Assembly (NCBI GenBank): GCA_964016885.1
Contig: OZ024743.1
Coordinates: 249,736,001 to 249,800,000 of the forward strand
Length of the DNA: 64,000 bases
Direction: 5' to 3'
DNA from: Eledone cirrhosa
Taxonomy: Eukaryota
Shown here piece after piece: positions 43,401 to 58,659 of the stretch; the stretch's first letter is position 1, and each line of letters starts with the position of its first letter. A program made the position numbers and the translations under genes. The notes below the pieces were generated by a model. That model ran no database searches and was not told where the DNA came from. It worked only from the letters and a program-made list of their open reading frames with translations.

Positions 43401-44016
43401 GGTGGCTGCCAACTCATTTTCGAGTACGCCCACTACTTTATATCCATGTAGGAGAACCCCTACCGATGCGCTGGACGAGTGACTTTTTAGTCCAGCCAGT
43501 GACTTGAAAACTCTGGTACAAATACTACACTTGTGACAATTATTGACACATAGTGCTGGGCCCATGGTACCATGTGATGACAAGTGCAGAGAGATCTCCA
43601 GATATAAAGCAATGCCTGCGCCGTGAAGCTTTTATAGTGAGCAAAGGCACTGCACAAAGCCAGTCCCACTCTCTTAACCAAGATGATATTTACCAAAAAG
43701 AAGAACAAGTCAACATCATTGGATACCATCAGGGTTGCAGGTGTTATATCAGAGTTTTCCTTCTCCTAGAATTCTGCTTTGACAAAGGCTAAGGGGTCAT
43801 CTCTCCCAGTGATTTTGGATGGCCATTGACTCTTAAGAGCTCCTTTGCCCTTTGACAGGTTTTGTTTTTAGTCCTACAGGATGTCCAAAGTCACCCTCCT
43901 CACCAAGAAACCTTGGTGGGGTTGCCAGTTTAGTCGCCAACGACCCGACCATGAGACAGGTTGTACTGGGATACATGTTACCAGTAGCACCAACTGGTGC
44001 TACTGGTAACATGTAT
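43400..44016 (-). mobile_element. Internally deleted RTE (BovB-like) derivative: 5' UTR fused to the 3' end
   Basis: 5'-UTR-like GGCGACTAAACTGGCAACC...AAGAGTCAATGGCC; 3' end encodes CSICTRVFKSLAGLKSH (C2H2-like end of RTE ORFs); flanked by (TA)n. Confidence 0.6.
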
Positions 44017-44046
44017 ATATATATATACATACATATATATATATAT

Positions 44047-44101
<55 letters not shown>

Positions 44102-44148
44102 TAGATATACATATATATATACATATATAGATATACATATATATATAC

Positions 44149-44235
<87 letters not shown>

Positions 44236-44947
44236 CATATATATTTATATATATATACTAAAAATTTTTATTTAATAACACAGGGAATGTATAGCAGTAA
44301 TAAAAAAAATCACTTATGCTTTGTATGTATATATTATATGCGGGAGTAGATATAATGTGTATTTTCTGAGTGTGTGTGTATATATATATTTATGTATCTT
44401 TGCCTATATGTACGTGCTATACGATAGGTAATTTCTCTAGCAATATATATATTTTGTAATGTTTAAATTCCAATTTTTAATATATTGATCTCAATTTTTA
44501 AACTAAATATCTAATCATAATTAAACAATGATTAATTTTTTCATATTATATGTATATTCCATTCATGAATATTAATATTTCTAATTTTATTTATTCATTT
44601 CATCTCAATTGTTAACTCAACTTAATATGACATGACTTAAGGTTTTCGTTCTCTCCCCCTCTCTCTATCTCTCTCTCTTGAGTTTTTTCTCTCTGTCTGG
44701 TGGTTTGATATCTCTCTGTTGTTTTCCTCTGTTTTCTTTTTTCTTTTTTCTTTTTTCCTTCTTCTTTTTCTTTATTTATCTCTCCCTTTCTTTTCTCCAC
44801 GTTTCTTTCTCTCTCTCCGTCTTTTTACTTATCCTTAACACAACGACTTACTAAAATAAACAAACCACTATCCTGATGTCTTCCAAAAGTAACGGTCGCA
44901 TTTTGAAAGGGTACGTCAATGTTTATTTATAAAACTGGTATATATTG

Positions 44948-45012
44948 TATTTTGTCTGATGAAGGCATACCATAATTTAACTTGGTATCCTTGAAATATG
45001 TATAATGAAATA
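44948..45012 (+). ncRNA. Minimal type-I hammerhead ribozyme
   Basis: TATTTTGT-CTGATGA-aggcatacca..tggtatcctt-GAAA-TATGTA-TA-ATGAAATA; 8-bp stem I with two G-U pairs, long stem II, near-palindromic stem III, AUA site. Confidence 0.75.
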
Positions 45013-45423
45013 AATATGGTTTTATAAATATAGTTTCCATTTGTTTATATCGTATATGTACATATATGTACATTTATTTATATATATGTACATATATTTA
45101 TATATATGTACATATATATATATATGTAAATATATATATATGTACATATATATATATATGTACATATCGTATATATATATATGTATATATATATATCATC
45201 ATCATCGTTTAACGTCCATCTTCCATGCTAGCATGGGTCTGGAATATATATATATATATATACACATTTATACACACACGCACATACATGTGTGTATGTG
45301 TGGGTGTGCATTAGAATATGTATTTAAAATACAGTAGTGTATAAAACATTCAAACATTAACTGAATAAGTACTCAATACTGGTAGGTAGAGTGTAGAATT
45401 ATATTTTCTAAGTAGAAAAATGG

Positions 45424-45464
45424 CAGTGACTTTGAAGATTCAGCTTGGTTGCTTCATCTGGCTA
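45424..45464 (-). ncRNA. Decayed hammerhead with CAGATGA core
   Basis: On -: TAGC-CAGATGA-AGC aaccaa GCT-GAAT-CTTCAAAG-TC-ACTG, followed by the CTCT..TATTGAGTAC tail. Confidence 0.45.
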
Positions 45465-47574
45465 TATATTAACTTAGATTTGATGTTTGTGAGTGAATAT
45501 GGGATTATTTTCATAGCTGTAAGTGTGGCTGTTTGAAATTCCAACTTAATAACACTGTTCTATATGCATTGTATAATGGTCTACTGGAAGTTTCCATCTG
45601 GTTAGGAGGACTGATGTAATGTTGATGTTTCAAAGTATATATATGAAACATTTGTTTGTATGTGTGTATGGTGAGATTTTGTATGAATATGTTACATAAA
45701 TTATATATAAGATCCTTATAACAGAAAATTTTTTAAAATACATCAAACAACAAATACACACTCACATACACACACACATAAAATACTAGATAATAAAAAA
45801 AAACTGACTTGTCTCAGTATATATTGCATGCAACACAGCTGACATTCAATAAGGTATATTTATAAAGTCAAATATTTATAGAATCCCAACAACAACAACA
45901 AACACAACACCAACACATACAATTAAACATAACAACAGCAACACCAACTGGGTGTATTTTATCATGACACCAGTACTACTACTTTACTGAGTGTACTAGG
46001 TGCATTTTATCATGACACCAGCACTATTGCTTTTAATGACAATAGTTGATCAACAACAACCATGACAACAACAACAGTGAAAACAACAACAATCACAACA
46101 ACAACTGCAACAAGTATGACAACAAGTAAATATTAGTAAATATTAGTGATGTGTTCATAAGCAGAATTATTAATACAATGTAGCAAAACAAAAAAATCAA
46201 CCAACCTGCTGTTAGGGTTTCAAATCAAACCAATGTAGCAACAAACAAACAGTACATTCCAACAATTTAGAATCAATTAATAAATTAATTTTTACACTTA
46301 AGATTTTGGTTAGTAGTGCTTTCCTTGTTAATCATCATTAACACAAACATACAGGCAGCTACAGGATTAATAATAATGATTTCTAGTATAGGCACAAGGC
46401 CAGTAATTTTGGGGAAAGGGAAAGTCAATTGAATCAACCCCAGTATGTTACAGGTACTTTATTTTATCGACACTGTAAGGATAAAAGGCAAAGTTAACCT
46501 CAGCGGGATTTGAATTCAGACCGTAAAGGGCTGTAATTCTATGCTGCAAAGCATGGTATCTGACTCTCTACCATTAAGATTCTGATTTAGGCAGGTCAAC
46601 AATTCCAGAGGAGGGGAAAGTCAAATAATCAACACCAGTACATGACTGGTACTTAATTTCATTGACTGCCAATGGGTGAAAGGCAAAGTTGACCTCAGAG
46701 GGATTTGAACTCAGAATGTAAAAACTCAGAACAAATGTTGCAATGTCATTTTGTCTGGCGCTCTAATGGTTCTGCTGATGCAGAACCCTCTAGATTAATA
46801 ATGTTTCTACTGTTGGCACAAGGCCAGCAATTACCCAGTGCATTACTGGTACTTTATTTTATCGACCCCGTAAGGATGAAAGGCAAAGTTAACCTCGGCG
46901 GGATTTGAACTCAGAATGGAAAGGGCCGTAACTCTATGCGTCAAAGCTTGGCACCCGACCCTCTACCAATACTGCCAATCCACCGCCCTTTTCTAGATTA
47001 ATAATAATAATAATGGTTTCTGATTTAGGCACAACGCCAGTCATTTTTGGGGAAGAAGAAAGTCAATTAAATCGACCCCAGTTTGTTACTGGTACTATAT
47101 TTTATCTATCCTGTAAGGATGAAAGGCAAAGCTAATCTCGGTGGGATTTGGACTCGGAACGTAAAGGACCATACCAATATGCCAATCCACCACCCTAATA
47201 ATAACTACTAATTTTAATCATTATCATCATCATCAATAACATTATTGTAGTGTATGTACCTTTGTATAGAATGTGCCCTGCACCTCTCTTTTTCTGGCTA
47301 TCACATCCTGGATGTTCATCTAAGTCAAGGTTGGGGATAATGGTGACAGTGTGTCTGTGTATCCACTCATAACTATATCATTTTTTAGTGTGAATGAGTG
47401 TATGTATACATGTGTTTGTTTTTGTGTTTGTTTATCTTTGTATGTGTATGTGTGTATATCTGTGTATATATATGTGTGTTTATGAGCTTAAAAAAATAAT
47501 AAAATAAAAAAAAATTAATGTTCTCCTTTAACTAACTTCTTTACTACATATAGGAAAGAAAGAAACCAATTGTC

Positions 47575-47930
47575 AGATCAGACCAAGGAAATAATGTTTC
47601 CATTATTTCTTCCATAGATGATATTATCTGCCAGTTACAACAGCTGGTAGAAGAAAGGAGCTGATTATCATATCAGACTGAGGTAACAATGTTTCCACTA
47701 GTCTTTCCATTGATGATGATATCTGCTGGTCACGACCAAGGAAACCATTTCAATTGGTCTTTCTATTGGAGATACTATCTGCTAGTCTTAACTTTTGGCA
47801 AATATCAGACCAAGTAAACTACGTTTCCATTGGTCTTTCCATTGCTGATACTATTAATCTACTGGTCACAATATCTGACAGAAAACAGATTGGACCAAGG
47901 AAGCTATGTTTCCATTGCTGATGCTATTTG
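47575..47930 (+). repeat. Diverged tandem repeat, about 5 units of 65-105 bp
   Basis: Recurring GACCAAGGAA..ATGTTTCCATTGGTCTTTCCATTGCTGATA..ATCTGCTGGTCAC; a solo inverted copy lies at ~54925-55005. Confidence 0.8.
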
Positions 47931-48302
47931 TCTGTCTGTCTCTTAAAACTCTTGACTAAAGATATATCAAGTTTGTAATAAGGTTTCAAATGAAAGCCAT
48001 TATGAAATTAAATTTTAAGTTTCTTGAATTACTTCATAAAAAAAAAAAAGAATAATAAACTGTATATTTCACACATCTGTAATTATATTTAGTCTTAATT
48101 AAAAAAAGAAATGTTTAATGATATTATCAATTAGTAAATATAAACATTGCAACTTTAACCCTTTCATTAATTAGCTAACCCCTAGATTTTCAGCAAAGCA
48201 CACATTTATCAACTTATTATTATTGTCAGTTAATGTACCATTAGTTGATATCATTATACTATCATCTGAATATATTATGTACATCTCTAAAAATCAAGTT
48301 AA

Positions 48303-48531
48303 CCCTTTAAACACCAACCTTACCCCAAACTGCTTCAATTAAACTTTTTGAATTTATATTCATATTTTGAACTGAGATGTCATTATTACATGCTACATAA
48401 TAGGAGATTTAATAGTTTGATATTTGTTTTATTAAGTTGAAAGTTAACTATTTCATTAAACCTCTCATAATTATTTTGATAATTCAAACACAAAGCAGCA
48501 TATTCTTGTTAGAAATCTGGTCACAAGAGGG
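48303..48531. mobile_element. piggyBac-type MITE (TTAA-CCC...GGG-TTAA)
   Basis: TTAA CCCTTT ... AGAGGG TTAA. Related copies at ~21880, 26125-26255, 31683, 50930-51180, 52624-52880 and ~53950-54115. Confidence 0.65.
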
Positions 48532-50800
48532 TTAAGTAACTGACTTCATGTCATACTATTTATGTGTTTTCTTCACTGCTACCAATATGGTATGGAACAC
48601 TTACTCTTTAGATGGGTAAAAGGTAGAGAGATATTTTTGTTAATTATTAGTCTGTAGCTATTTTAACTTTTAATGTCCTATATCACTTTAGAAAAAATTC
48701 TTAAAAATTACAAAACATCACCATGGCTGTATTACATTAAAAATTAAAGTGTTTACTCTAGTACTGCAAATTCTTCTCAACAATCTATCCACCAGTAAAG
48801 ATTCTATAAACATTGAATTACAAACTTGCTTTTTAGATATATTCTGCTAGACCATCATTGGATGATAAGAGCTAATACCACAAATTTTCACAATGATCTG
48901 CCAATCAGTAAAGATGCTACAATTGTTTTAAGATATTTTCTGCTAAATCATTATATGTTAAGGGTTAAAATACAACTATCTTTCTAAAAAGCCAATATTA
49001 CATTAAAAAAAAAAACAACAATTTATAGATATAAGATTTTGCTTAAAAATTGCATCTGCCATTATTGCTTCTTAAAACAAAAAATATATTTGCTTTCATT
49101 GAGCCTATTGTTCATTGATTTTAAAACATGCAATCACTTACCAAATATATGTAAACTGAAACTATATATAATGCTGGTACATCACTGCAGAAACAAAACA
49201 TGTGGTCAAATAAAAGTCTAGGTCACACAACATGGTGTCAGGGAAGAAATATATTCAAATAATTTACCATATTTCCCAGCATCAAAGACACTATTTTTCC
49301 TAAAGTAAGGCTAAAACATTTATCTCCTAGAAGACAAAGTTTATATTTATCTTAAACAAATTTTACTCCAAAAGGAGGGTTATCTATGCTAAACAGTTGA
49401 ACTCCTGTATTTTGCCTCTGAATAAAATGTATAAATTATACATAGTTAAGATAGAAAATAAACAAAATGCATTAAAAAGGTTTGAAAACACATGCATAAT
49501 AATAAATATTCATTCTCTTATTGGCAGACAATGGTAGGTGAGCCAACTCATGAGTACAAATTTACATGTATGTTAATATTACAGGTATAGTCACTAGTAA
49601 TAATTTACATGTTGTATGTTAATATTACAGATATAATTACTAGTAATAATTGTTTCTACTTTTGGCACAAGGCCAGCAATTGCCCAGTGTATTACTGGTA
49701 CTTTATTTTATCGACCCCGTAAGGATGAAAGGCAAAGTTAACCTCAGCGGGATTTGAACTCAGAATGGCAAGGGCCGTAACTCTATGCGTCAAAGCATGG
49801 CATCCGACCCTTTACCGATACTGCCAATTCACACTAGTAATAATGTACATTTGTATCAATTTTACTAGTATTTTATCTTGTATCAAACAATTCTAATTTT
49901 AAGGCGGGTTTGCAAGTAAATCTGTGGTAGAAAACAAAATTGTAGATTATAAGTTAATCAACATGATCTATGTCACTAAACCACTAACTTTAAGTGATCA
50001 ATAGAATATATGTGTCACTAAGCCACTAGTTATAATGGATCAAAAAGAATTTATATGTTACTAAGCCACTAATGAAACATTTACATAAAGTACATGAAAG
50101 TCCTGAGATCTTGTTTCCATGTATATTATTTTTTCGAAATTGTGATGCATCTTTGATATTTGAGCATCTTCAGTGCCAGAAAATATGGTTTATTATTCAA
50201 TTGAAGAATTATAATATACTTTTTAAAAAATATTTTGAGATCATTTCAGTGATCATGATATTGGAACTGATTTAAATAAGTGAATAAAATTTAGTGGAAA
50301 ATATTTAAAAAGAAAAAAATATACCCATTAAGTAAGATTTCTTTCCTTAAATTGTTCAAATATAGTAAACTATTTTTTTGAATTATAGGAAGTTTTGAAA
50401 AATTTTGACAGATAGAAAGCGTAAATTTGTCTTACACATCCATATATTTACAGATATCCACACAAGCATATTGACATACATAACAATAAACACAATAACA
50501 TCTCCCACACATAACCCATATATATATACATATATATATATACATATAGATATATATACATATAGATATATATGTATATATATATATATATACATATAGA
50601 TATATATACATAAAGATATATGCACACACATATATATATATATACATGTGTGTGTGTGTGTAGGTATATGCATACAATTTATGTGTGTATGAGTATATAG
50701 GTGTGTGTATGTATGTGTATGAGTGTGTGTGGAGACACATAGCAGTGCAATGGTGCAGATACACATTACTGAATATAAACAATGACAGATACAATTGACT

Positions 50801-50836
<36 letters not shown>

Positions 50837-53800
50837 ATAGATAATATATACACTTAATACAACAATGTAAACACACTCACACATATACATTGACTATGGT
50901 AGTAATTATGAATATGACTCTATTTCAGGTTGATGACACCAACCCACCTAAAACCACTCCCGATTCTACAATACAAAATTTTAAAATGTTAATATATATC
51001 TAATATCCCTCTATTGCAATTTTGTGTAAAAACCTCTGTTAAGTTATCTTCTAAGCACCAATTTAATAATGAGAAAAGTAGTTATATTGCTAAATCCCTC
51101 TGAATTTTTAATTATTTCCAAAATTATATGAAAATTATCAGCCGTATCTTCCATTAGAAATAGGGTAACAAAATAGTTAACTTAGCTAATGTATGTATGT
51201 AGCTATAACCCCTGATGGAATTGTAGGGGCACCATAACAACATCATCATCATCGTTTTACGTCCGTTCTTTCACGCTAGCATGGGTTAGACGGATCTCTT
51301 AGGAATTTTAAATCTAGTAGAACATAACACTCTCTAGGTTTGAGCACAACTGATTTCTTCCAGAGAAGAAAAGATAGAAAGAAAGTGAGAAATTCAGAGC
51401 CTAGAGAGCCAGAACAAATACTAATTTGCCAACTTAGCTAATAGAAAATCTCAAAATATAAAATATATATACAAGTCTTTATTTTTCCTTCGAAATATAA
51501 AGGATATTGTCTAGTAGGGTTTGTAGATCTTAACAGCGATCTAACTATTATCTCAGATCTAACCATGAAAGCCACACAACAAACCTGACCACTGTGTTTT
51601 ACAATATATGTGGCAGATCAATACCCACTGATCATAACCAAACAATGTAGATATAAAATACAACATTTACACACAACATCAACACCATAATCCACATACA
51701 ACATCTACACAATCTCATAACGTATATATATATATATATATATACACACCTTAGATTTAACATCCCACCCCTCATCTATTTTAAAATAATCACTAAGTTA
51801 GGAACTATATGTTCTACTCATTTACTTTCACTTTCACAATTACTGATTCTATAATATAATTTATAATACATTTTATTATATCACAGTGTGTGGAGAGAAT
51901 AGTAAATGTGTTACCCTGAAGAATGGCAAGAGAGACACACTGAAAGAACCAATCTACTCTATTCCAATAAAATTGAATATGGAGGTGGTTTTGTGGCCCA
52001 GGACAGCAGATGTTTTCACTGCTATAGAGTTGATAAGAAACCTATCAGAGAGCAACCAATATTTCTTAGAATGTAATCCTCAGCTTGTTTGAGCAATGAA
52101 GCATAGGTCTGATGCTGCTTTCACTAAGCTGTGGCTGGAGAAAGTATCACTGTACATCTCATCATATGTTAAAGAAAAACAGCGGATTGACAGTATCAGT
52201 AGAGTGTTGGATAAATTCCTTTGTGGCATTTGGTTATGGCTCTCTACATTCTGAGTTCAAACCTTGCTGAAGTCAACATTGGTTTTCATCCTTCCGGGGT
52301 TGATAAAATAGAGTACTAGTAAAACACCCCCTCCCTAAATTGCTGGCCTTGTGCAAATAATCAGAAATGATTATAGGTCACCATCAATTTCTCCATCCCA
52401 GATAAATATCTGTGCCACCAATTAAATAGATCCAGCAAAGAAGAAAATTGCAATGAGCAGATTATTTCTCTAAAACTCATTTTATTAAAGAATATTCAAT
52501 ATTGCTGTATTAGTCCTTCAATTCAAGTTTATGATTGATGCACTGAAAGCTCCCAAATCTATCCACACTTCAGATTATCGAATATTATTACCTTAATGCA
52601 ACTGGTTTTCAACTTCTAATTATTTAACCCTTTTGATTCCAAACTGCTTGAAACTGCCCCGAGTTCTAGCATATAAAACTGTCTATTTTAAAGTGTTTAT
52701 ATATATCTAAAAAGCTTCCATCATAATTTTATTTAAAAATAACTTTTAGGGTATGTTTCAAACACTGCCTAAATAATGTAAAAGTTAGTTATATTACCAA
52801 ATCTCTCCTAATTCTGGATTATTATTATTATTATCATTGGCAACGTGTTTCATTAGAAATATCACAATTAAATAGTTATGAACCCATGAACTTCACATAT
52901 TTCTACACTATAATTATTAAGACACAATAAATATCTATTTAAAAAAAAATCCCCTTAAACTATTATAACAGGTTTTATTTTATTTTATTTGAACAAACTA
53001 GGCAAAACATCAAACTTGGAAGCTTTTATCTGACAGATATATAAACCTTGGTAACTCTGGTCCATTTCCTTTGTATTATAACATATTTAATAGCAGTTTA
53101 TTTTGTGAAAACCCTGCTTGGTATCTTAACCTTACATTAGGGATAACTTTGACATCACAATAGCCTTAGACACAACTATTACTGAAACATGCTACGTTTG
53201 TCTTCCTTCTCACCTTGGTTTTGGTTGTTATTTTTTTTAAAGTTCTGTGAAGAAATAAAGTAAACACTTAATTATTTTTGTGTTTTTTTTTTAGGTTTGC
53301 CACCAATTAACAACAAAATTAACACACGCATATACATCACATACACACACATATATACACTTCACATACACACACACATATATATACATCACATACACAC
53401 ATATATATAGTACTGAGATTATGTAACTAATTATTATAAAAACATATATGTATGTGAGCTTGTAAACATATATGTATGTGTTAACATATATGTAAACTTA
53501 TATGTATGTATAAACAGTATGGATATCTAGGGACATTTATAACCTACGTTACAATACATAATTATTATTATTATTATTATTATTATAAAACTCTTTAGCA
53601 TCCATGTTAAATTTCTAATAAATTGATTGTCAATATAACATTTGTATATTTATATATATTTACTAATACATTTCTTTTAAACTATTGTTTTAAAGCTATT
53701 GCTTTCCTTTTATATTATGTAATTTTCAATATATAATTACTTTTTCGCCATTTGTTGGTATTATTTGGAAATTGGTCTCTTTGCCGATAATTTTTGTATA

Positions 53801-55549
53801 TAACCAACGTTGTTGTTTTTTAATAATTATATTATTCTTTATATGAAGTATTGTGAGATATATAATAAAGAATGTATTGAGAAAGCTGGTAAAATGTGTG
53901 AATAGGAAATACAATGGAGGAACTAGATTAAAGTAAGAATGACAAAACAAAATCTTCCATTTTATGTTAACGTAACATCTGTTATTTTCAAAACACCAGC
54001 TTAATAACGAGAAAGTTTATATTAGTAATCTCTCCAAAGTCTTGATTATTTTGAAAATGATTTGACAATAATAGGCTGTGTGTTTCATTAAACATATGCT
54101 AATGGAAAGGTTAAATACAAATATGAGGATTCATTAAAAGCAACAGACACCAACAATCAATTTGTTTCCCTAAGTGAAGCAACCGTCAAAATATCTTGGT
54201 TACAGCAATTTTTCATCCAAGGGAAAATACTCCAGCCATCCTCACAAGGTTCGGTGTTAAGTTGTCTCCCTTGAATGATACCACGCGGTGTATTTACAGA
54301 AACATGTTTCAAATGTTGGGATGGGGAGAATGATTATATCCACCCAATATTTGACGGCTACATTATTTTATCGACCTTGGAAGGATGAAAGTTAAAGTTG
54401 ACCAAGTTGTGGTATGAACTCAGTCGTAACTAAATCCTGCAAATCATTTTTTTCTGACGCTATACCGATACTTTCAATCCACCACCCTTATAATAATAAT
54501 AATAATGAAATTATTGTGTAATGTGCTCAGGTGCACTACAACTCGTCAAAGTATATATTTACATATATATATTTTAACAGCAAATATCTTCCTCAAACTC
54601 AGCTCAATGTTGTTTTTTCTGAATGTTCTTTTTATTCCTTTATTCTTTCACTGGTTTCAGTCATTTAACTGCTGCCATGTCAAACCACTACCTCTTAGTT
54701 GAACATATTGACCCTAGTCCTGGCTCAAACAAGGGCACCCAAACAGAAAAAAAAAAAACTCTTTCAAAATTCATGCCCAGCCCATGTCAGTATGGAAAAC
54801 TGAATATAAAACTAATGGTATTCACATATTACTCAGGGTTTTTATTTTTGTGTTTTTTTTTTACACAACTAATCATTTAATTTATAATACTTTCTGATTT
54901 TTAAGATAAATATAGAAAAATTAAACCAGTAGATAGTATCAGCAGAAGAAAACCAATGGAAAATCGTTTCTTTGGTTCTATCAGATAATTGACACCTTTC
55001 CTTTAAAAATATATGTAATAAACAGAATCTTTTTTTTCATTTTTCCTGGTTTACTAATGTTCGTTGTTACATTGGACAGGCTTAATACAACAATGTTATA
55101 TTAGTAGACAAGAAGTTGATAAAGAAAGGATGAAAAAAATAATAATTTAAGAGATGAAGACGACCAGGATAGATGAAGAATAACAAATTATCAGATGGAA
55201 AGGATAGATGTAGAAACAAGAAACAGGAGAAGTATAGATAAGAGAGTTATAGGAAAGGAAAGATTTATGCACTGTAAGAAAAGTTAGGATTCCTCAATTT
55301 ATTTTAAATCTTTGTAAAGAACAATTTAATAATTGTGGCATTATATTGCCATTTACATGAATATTACTGTTATTTTCAAAGGGGAAATGTTGAAGCTTCA
55401 TTGAGTAAAGATATGCACAAAATAATAAGGTAAAAAAAAAAAAATGTAGATAGAAGAGTTTCCTCAGGCTGCTGTATCTAAATACATCATTCCATGTTTT
55501 TAAACAAATAACTATAGAAAACAATTTCCTTTTAGAACTCAAAATCAAA

Positions 55550-55588
<39 letters not shown>

Positions 55589-58500
55589 ATTGATTTGTTA
55601 TATTTAATTTAATATAATAATAATTTCTGATTTGATACAAAGCCAGCAATATTTGGGAGGGGGAGAGTTGATTAAATTGACACCAGTGCATGATAGGTAC
55701 TTTATTTTATCGACCTTGTAAGGATGAAAAGCAAAGTTAACCTCGGCGGAATTTGAACTCAGAACGTAAAGGGCTATAACTATGCCATGAAGCAGGGTGA
55801 CAAACACTTTACCGATACAGAATAATAATCAAATTCATAAAACAGTAAAAGAAAATTATATTTCAATAATAAGGATCATTCCATTTGCAATGGCATCTAC
55901 TCCACAGAGCTGTCTAATCATGTACCACATCCACTCAGACACTTAAGACTAATTTGTCTCTCCTCTCACCACCCATGGTTCTGCCCAGCTCCCTTCTAAC
56001 CTCCAAGCCCTGCACTAACCCCTAATCAAAGTTTTTCTAACTCCGCTCTGCAGAACAACCTTATATGGTCATAAACACAACCTTAGATGGTCAGCATCAA
56101 AAGGTTTGTAAAGGCTATGAGGACAGCATCAGTGGGTCTGGAAGAAAGCTCATGAATACAGTATTGGTTTCTATAGCTGGATGCTCTTCCTAATGCCATC
56201 CACATTTACAGTGTGTACTTTGTGTTTTTTGTCATGACAACTACATGACCACTTGACACTGTGAGATGGATGCTGTTTGCCATGATCCCTTTACAGTGTG
56301 GGCTGGGCACATTTTGTCATGTCACCAAAACGACCGCTCTACAATGTGGGCTGGGTGCTTTTTGCCATGGCACAAAATCGACCACTTTACAATGTGGGCT
56401 GGGGACTTGGGTGGGGATTGGGGAAGCAGATTTAGGGACATGGGAGAAGGACATGTTATGGCATGTATATATATAAATATAAAAAAGGATAAAGATCCCA
56501 TAACTCCTTGTGGAGTCGTAGAGGCACCATCAAATGGCATGTCTAGGGCACATTTAAATCTGGTGGAGCTCAAACCTCTCCAGGTCTGAACATAGTCAAT
56601 TTTTTCTATAGAGGAAGAATCAACCCCAGTACTGGACTGGTACTTTCTTTTTATCGACTTCGAAAGGATGAAAGGCAAAGTTGACCCCAGAGGGATTTGA
56701 ACTCAGAGTGCCAATTTGCTGCATATATATATATATATATATCATATTCCTCATTTGCTTACAGTTTGCAGTAATAATTACCATCAGTGTACAATTTGGA
56801 CATGGCTACATAATATATAATACATGACAAGGATGTACTATTGTACTATACTGTAAGTTGTTGACTATTTCACAGACATGTTATAGTGTAAGTTGCTGAG
56901 TATTCCACAGACATGTATATCCTTAATATAATTTTCAAAAAGATTTAGCATGACACAATATGTAACAAAGTTCGATCTTTGAATTACAGGTATAGTCTAT
57001 CTTATAGTATAAATGGCTGAGATATGAGATATTGTGAAATGAGATACATAGACATAAACAACAGTCATTTGCAATTGAGTATGACTTGGCATGTACCATG
57101 CTTTTGCTAAGGGTTTTAGGTGTCCATGCAGTCACAAGAAAGCATGGAGACCCTCTCAGCCCTCCCTCCTAAGATTGAATGGAATATCCAGGATCTAAGA
57201 GCTGGAAAGATGGCTGCACCAGCACTGGGCTGATGCTTTTTTTTTATTGATCCTGAAAGGATGAAAGGCAAAGTGAACCTTGGCAGAATTTGAATTCAGA
57301 ACGCAGAGACATGGAATAAATATCGAATGCTCTCACAACTCTAATTCACTCCCGCAGTGGAGATATGTCATTGTATATATTTTTTAGGTTGACTGAATTT
57401 TGAGCAAATATCAGATTATTAAAATTTATAAAAATATCCAAACTAACTGGACCTCCTTTGGTTTCGATGATGAGTGTTTAACTAGTTCAGCTAATTGAAC
57501 TGAACTGCCAACATAATGGATAATTATAATACAAGTGGTTGAGTATCCCACAGACATGAGTACTCTTAATATAATTCTATGGATATTGAGTGTGATGACA
57601 ATGGCCCTTTTGAATTTCAGGTACAGTCCTTCTTGTAATATAATTGTTTCTACTTTTGGCACAAGGCCTGCAATTACCCCAGTGCATTACTGGTACTTTA
57701 TTTTATCGACCACCGTAAGGATGAAAGGCAAAGTTAACCTCGGCAGGATTTGAACCCAGAACGCAAAGGGCCATAACTCTATGCTGCTAAGCATGGTGAC
57801 TGACGCATTACCAATACTGCCAATCCATCGGCATTGTAATATAATTTAAGTAGCTGAGTATTCCACAGACATTTGTAACTTTAACATAATTTTCAGGGAG
57901 ATTCAGCATGACACAACATGTGACAAGGCTTGACTTTTGAATTACAGGTACAATCAATCTTGCATTATGATTTGTGCCAAAAAGTAGAAACAATTATAAT
58001 CTAAGTGGTTGAGTATTCCACAGACATATGTATCATTAAAATAATTTTCAGGCTGAATCAGTGTCACTTTTTTATTACAGATAAAGTCTATAATATGTGT
58101 TAATGTAAGCGGCTCAATATTCCTCAGATATGTGTACCCTGAATGTAATTGTCAGGGAGATTCAGCTTACCTCAGCTTCAATGGTGTTAAGTAACTGAGA
58201 GTACTAGAGTCCCCCTCGCCTGAACAGGAAGCCAGTTCACCACAGGTTTAATCCTCATCTGCAGCTGGCACTCATTCTTTCTGCTGAGTAAATTGGACAA
58301 ACAGAAAAGGAAGTGTCTTGTTCAAGGACACAATACACCACCAGGAATCAGACCCAGGACAGGATCTTATGATCACAAGCCAAAAACCCTAACCACTATA
58401 CTATATCTATTCACTGACACAACAGCAATGTGCTGTTTCTTTAGCAAGGTCTCAGGTCACAATGGTTCAATTCACCCAACTATTGAAGGTACAGTTCACT

Positions 58501-58659
58501 AGTAAAAGCAGTGGGAGGATGCTATCACTTGACTAGAGTTTCATCATTACCTTGTACTGTTTACCTTCAATCAGTTCCCAACATGTGGTCCATCAACCCC
58601 TGGAGGAGGTCTGCAAAGGTAGTATCAGGGGGAGGGAGGTGTCCTTGTCAGTTTGAAAA

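Noticed and set aside
47260-47372. Possible extra protocadherin exon on - (..HTVTIIPNLDLDEHPG..)
   Set aside because: Weak acceptor; the open frame needs a phase-2 entry while the upstream exon ends in phase 1, and the phase-1 frame hits a stop.
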